From: Anthoceros angustus
Taxonomy: Eukaryota > Plantae > Anthocerotophyta
Length of the DNA: 64,000 bases
Reading direction: 5' to 3'
NCBI GenBank assembly: GCA_010909165.1
Contig: MU008157.1
Coordinates: forward strand, 1,062,059-1,126,058
In this document: piece by piece, positions 63,201-64,000 of the stretch
Layout: the number at the start of each line of letters is the position of its first letter
Numbering within the stretch: position 1 is the first letter of the stretch
Translations under genes and position numbers: made by a program
The notes under the pieces: generated by a model
Database searches by the model: none
Told to the model about the DNA's origin: nothing
Seen by the model: the letters and a program-made list of their open reading frames with translations, nothing else

Positions 63201-64000
63201 TTTCTTGTAATTCTTTATATGCTCGCTAATCGTGCGTTGTCCTAGTGTATCTCCATTGGAATTGCTCAAGGATGCAATCCAACAAAATAGTACACTAGGA
63301 TTCCTACCTAGATTTGCTACCGCCATAGATTTTCTAGAGAAAATCAACACAAACATCATTTTTGATTATCTTTGTTTCATTGAATTTAGACTTCATTTCT
63401 AATCAAGGAACAACAAAGAACACATTTTGTGCACATCTTCTAATGCATTAAAAGAATGTGCATCTACCTAGATGCAACATACATAGTATGCTATGATACC
63501 ATGACTATAAGAACTATAATTATAAGGACTATATAGGTCAATTAATAATAAATAAAGAATAATTACATTGTATTCATCGAGAAAAAACAACTTGCTTATG
63601 CATGAGAAGACAACTTCATGTCTATTCACCTAATGACATAACCCTAACGAACGGGTATTTGTAAATAATTCTAAGTACTTACACATGCCTCCTCTATGGG
63701 ATAGTACCCTAAACCCTCATCATAATCCCAACACTCTATTTCATCACCTTGTCGCCTTGTTTCAGCCTTTTCTATAGCTCCGCCATATAGATGCACAAGG
63801 GAAGAGGGCCAAGTGGGCAGCCATGTCTTGACGTTGCGTTTGGGAAGTGCTTGCGTCCTCAATCGCTTTGAATTCTCACGGCGGTGTTGGTAGGCAATCT
63901 ATGAACCGCCTTGATGAGACCATCTTAGACTCGACGTTCTTCATTGCTTGCCATAGTACTCAATAGATCGGTACCTTGTCAAAGGCTTTGGCGAGGTCAA
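60225..64000 (-). repeat. Further ~1 copy of the 3.65-kb unit, running off the window
   Basis: Same module order as 47.7-55.2 kb; landmark at 63627. Confidence 0.92.

Overview
Eukaryotic nuclear DNA from a green plant or streptophyte; this lineage is inferred from the LHCII gene and the transposable-element (TE) types. There is one intact host gene, a two-exon major LHCII chlorophyll a/b-binding gene (1339-2248). Its upstream region and first codons are duplicated at an 842-bp offset. The rest is TE-derived. From 4.3 to 17.7 kb is a three-tier nest. An APE-type LINE is cut at its RT 'GLREG' motif by the 3' LTR of a minus-strand Ty3/gypsy-type element. That LTR carries a full-length, decayed Ty1/copia element (162-bp LTRs, tRNA-Met PBS, PPT, 5-bp TSD). 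From about 19 kb on, a ~3.65-kb unit dominates. It carries an OTU-like cysteine protease domain in frame with a decayed LINE-type RT, with Mutator-like fragments upstream. It appears once forward (20.2-22.8 kb), folds back into an inverted repeat, and forms tandem arrays (45.3-55.3 and 60.2-64 kb). A second gypsy family (gag-pol at 38.3-45.3 kb plus an accessory ORF) is interleaved with it. Much of 24.5-45.3 kb, plus patches elsewhere, is a mosaic of earlier sequence joined at 6-10 bp microhomologies, with loops wherever short words recur. This looks like an assembly or read-correction artefact (or extreme template switching), so copy numbers, indels and order there should not be trusted without raw reads. 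I found no rRNA, tRNA or CRISPR features.
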